Shown one piece after another: positions 33,114-34,014 of a stretch of 34,014 bases of DNA; the stretch's first letter is position 1, and the number at the start of each line of letters is the position of its first letter. A program made the position numbers and the translations under genes. The notes under the pieces were generated by a model that saw only the letters and a list, made by a program, of their open reading frames with translations, had not been told where the DNA came from and searched no databases. The DNA lies in the NCBI GenBank assembly GCA_030606515.1, contig JAUWGF010000002.1, positions 1-34,014 on the forward strand, given 5' to 3'. Source of the DNA: Deltaproteobacteria bacterium. Lineage in GTDB: Bacteria > Desulfobacterota > Dissulfuribacteria > Dissulfuribacterales > UBA3076.

Positions 33114-33335
33114 ATGGAAACTGTAACTATTGAAAAGGATTTATTGAGGTTGCCTGAAAAAATTGCCAAAAGGTTAAGAGGCAGAAGGATCGAAATTGCG
33201 GAAATAAAAGAAGGCATATTATTGAAGACAGCCGATAGCCCCATAGCTGAAGCAAGAGGTTTTTTGAAAGGGAAGCGATTTACGACCAAAAGGTATATAG
33301 AGATGAAAACGATAGAGAAGGAATTGGAGTCGTGA
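33114..33335 (+). CDS. vapB: AbrB/MazE/SpoVT-type antitoxin (VapB-like)
   Basis: 73 aa, with AAGGGGG upstream of the ATG at 33114. The stop overlaps the start of the PIN gene (GTGA). The LRLPEKIAKRL...ILLK pattern is typical of swapped-hairpin antitoxins. Confidence 0.65.
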   Translation: METVTIEKDLLRLPEKIAKRLRGRRIEIAEIKEGILLKTADSPIAEARGFLKGKRFTTKRYIEMKTIEKELES

Positions 33336-33748
33336 GCGGAAAATTCGTTTTGGATGCATGTGCCATCATTGCTTTCTTGAACGATGAAGAGGGTGCTGAT
33401 AAGGTTGAAGAATTATTATGGCAGCGGGAGCGCTCTTCTTATACCCTTTTTATACATGAAATCAACTTGCTGGAAATATATTATGGCGTTTACCGAGATG
33501 AAAGTAAAGAGTTAGCAGAACAGACGTATGTCAAGGTGCTGAATTTACCAATTACGGTTGTTAGAGGGTTGAGAAAAAATGTGTTCAGACAAGCAGGGAG
33601 ATTAAAAGCTGTATATAAAATTTCATTAGCTGACTCAATCGCTCTTGCTGAGGCCAAGATCAGGAGAATTCCTTTGGTTACCTCTGACCATCATGAATTC
33701 GATCCGATTCAAGACAAGAATGAATTGGATTTCTTCTGGATAAGATAA
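33332..33748 (+). CDS. vapC: PIN-domain ribonuclease toxin VapC
   Basis: 138 aa with conserved acidic positions in the expected order: VLDACAII, NLLEIYYG, SLADSIALAEA, LVTSDHHEF. Confidence 0.8.
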   Translation: MSGKFVLDACAIIAFLNDEEGADKVEELLWQRERSSYTLFIHEINLLEIYYGVYRDESKELAEQTYVKVLNLPITVVRGLRKNVFRQAGRLKAVYKISLADSIALAEAKIRRIPLVTSDHHEFDPIQDKNELDFFWIR

Positions 33749-34014
33749 GTTGTGACTTATGAGCCATGCCCGCAACGCTTTCTTTGAAAGATATTGGCAA
33801 TTAAAGCAGCAAAAGCACCAACGTCCCCCATTACGAGCCCGACTCCTTTGATGTAGCCATTTTGTTTGATGGCAGCAGAAAAGACACAAGAAAGATAAGG
33901 GAAGAGGTGGGTATACCTTCCCGCAAGTTACTACCGCTTTGGTAACAGCCGGTCGTCGGGGCCACCAAGTTTCTTCCGTAAGGGAGGATGGGTTTGTAAA
34001 TATTAGTAGGAATT

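Noticed and set aside
33635-33889. 84-aa Cys-rich minus-strand ORF after and overlapping vapC
   Set aside because: It overlaps the vapC 3' end antisense, has an implausible composition (CFCCFNC, LFCCH), and has no ribosome-binding site.
1-34014. Looked for CRISPR repeats, tRNA/rRNA/tmRNA-like sequences, transposase or integrase genes and long terminal inverted repeats
   Set aside because: None was recognised by eye. The only repeats found are the leader/relic duplication, the short palindromic elements and the 11-bp tandem repeat reported above. A tRNAscan, Infernal or ISfinder run would be needed to be certain.

Overview
A gene-dense 34-kb window from a diderm (Gram-negative) bacterium, with about 30 credible CDS. 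I saw no rRNA, tRNA, CRISPR array, transposase or integrase. Nearly everything relates to outer-membrane lipid or glycolipid biogenesis.

(i) 0.1-9.9 kb: a truncated four-helix-bundle gene fragment, an LPS-kinase-family gene, and a Tam41-like cytidylyltransferase paired with a CDP-alcohol phosphatidyltransferase. These are followed by a metallophosphoesterase, lptF-lptG, two nucleotidyltransferases and a GNAT-like acyltransferase.

(ii) 10.1-21.1 kb: one co-directional string of ten genes. It opens with a Caulobacter-type ceramide set (acyl-ACP-synthetase-like ligase, CerR-like reductase, ACP, serine palmitoyltransferase). It continues with an HKD/PLD enzyme and a glycosyltransferase-like protein. 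It ends with a CMP-nonulosonate cassette: an oxidoreductase, a NeuB-like synthase fused to a cupin, a HAD phosphatase and a NeuA-like cytidylyltransferase.

(iii) 21.1-24.2 kb: a patchwork segment holding an orphan ORF, a small secreted protein and a MipA/OmpV porin-like protein. It is bracketed by a duplicated leader plus a gene relic.

(iv) 24.2-32.9 kb: a second glycosyltransferase-like paralogue, two more LPS-kinase genes (one with tandem domains), two GT9 heptosyltransferase-like genes and a B12-binding radical SAM enzyme.

(v) 33.1-33.7 kb: a vapBC toxin-antitoxin pair.

Main hypothesis (inference only): this is a sphingolipid island with its own head-group chemistry (CDP-activated and/or ulosonic-acid head groups), interleaved with LPS transport and LPS core genes. 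All calls rest on reading the translated ORFs against remembered family motifs. No database search was run.
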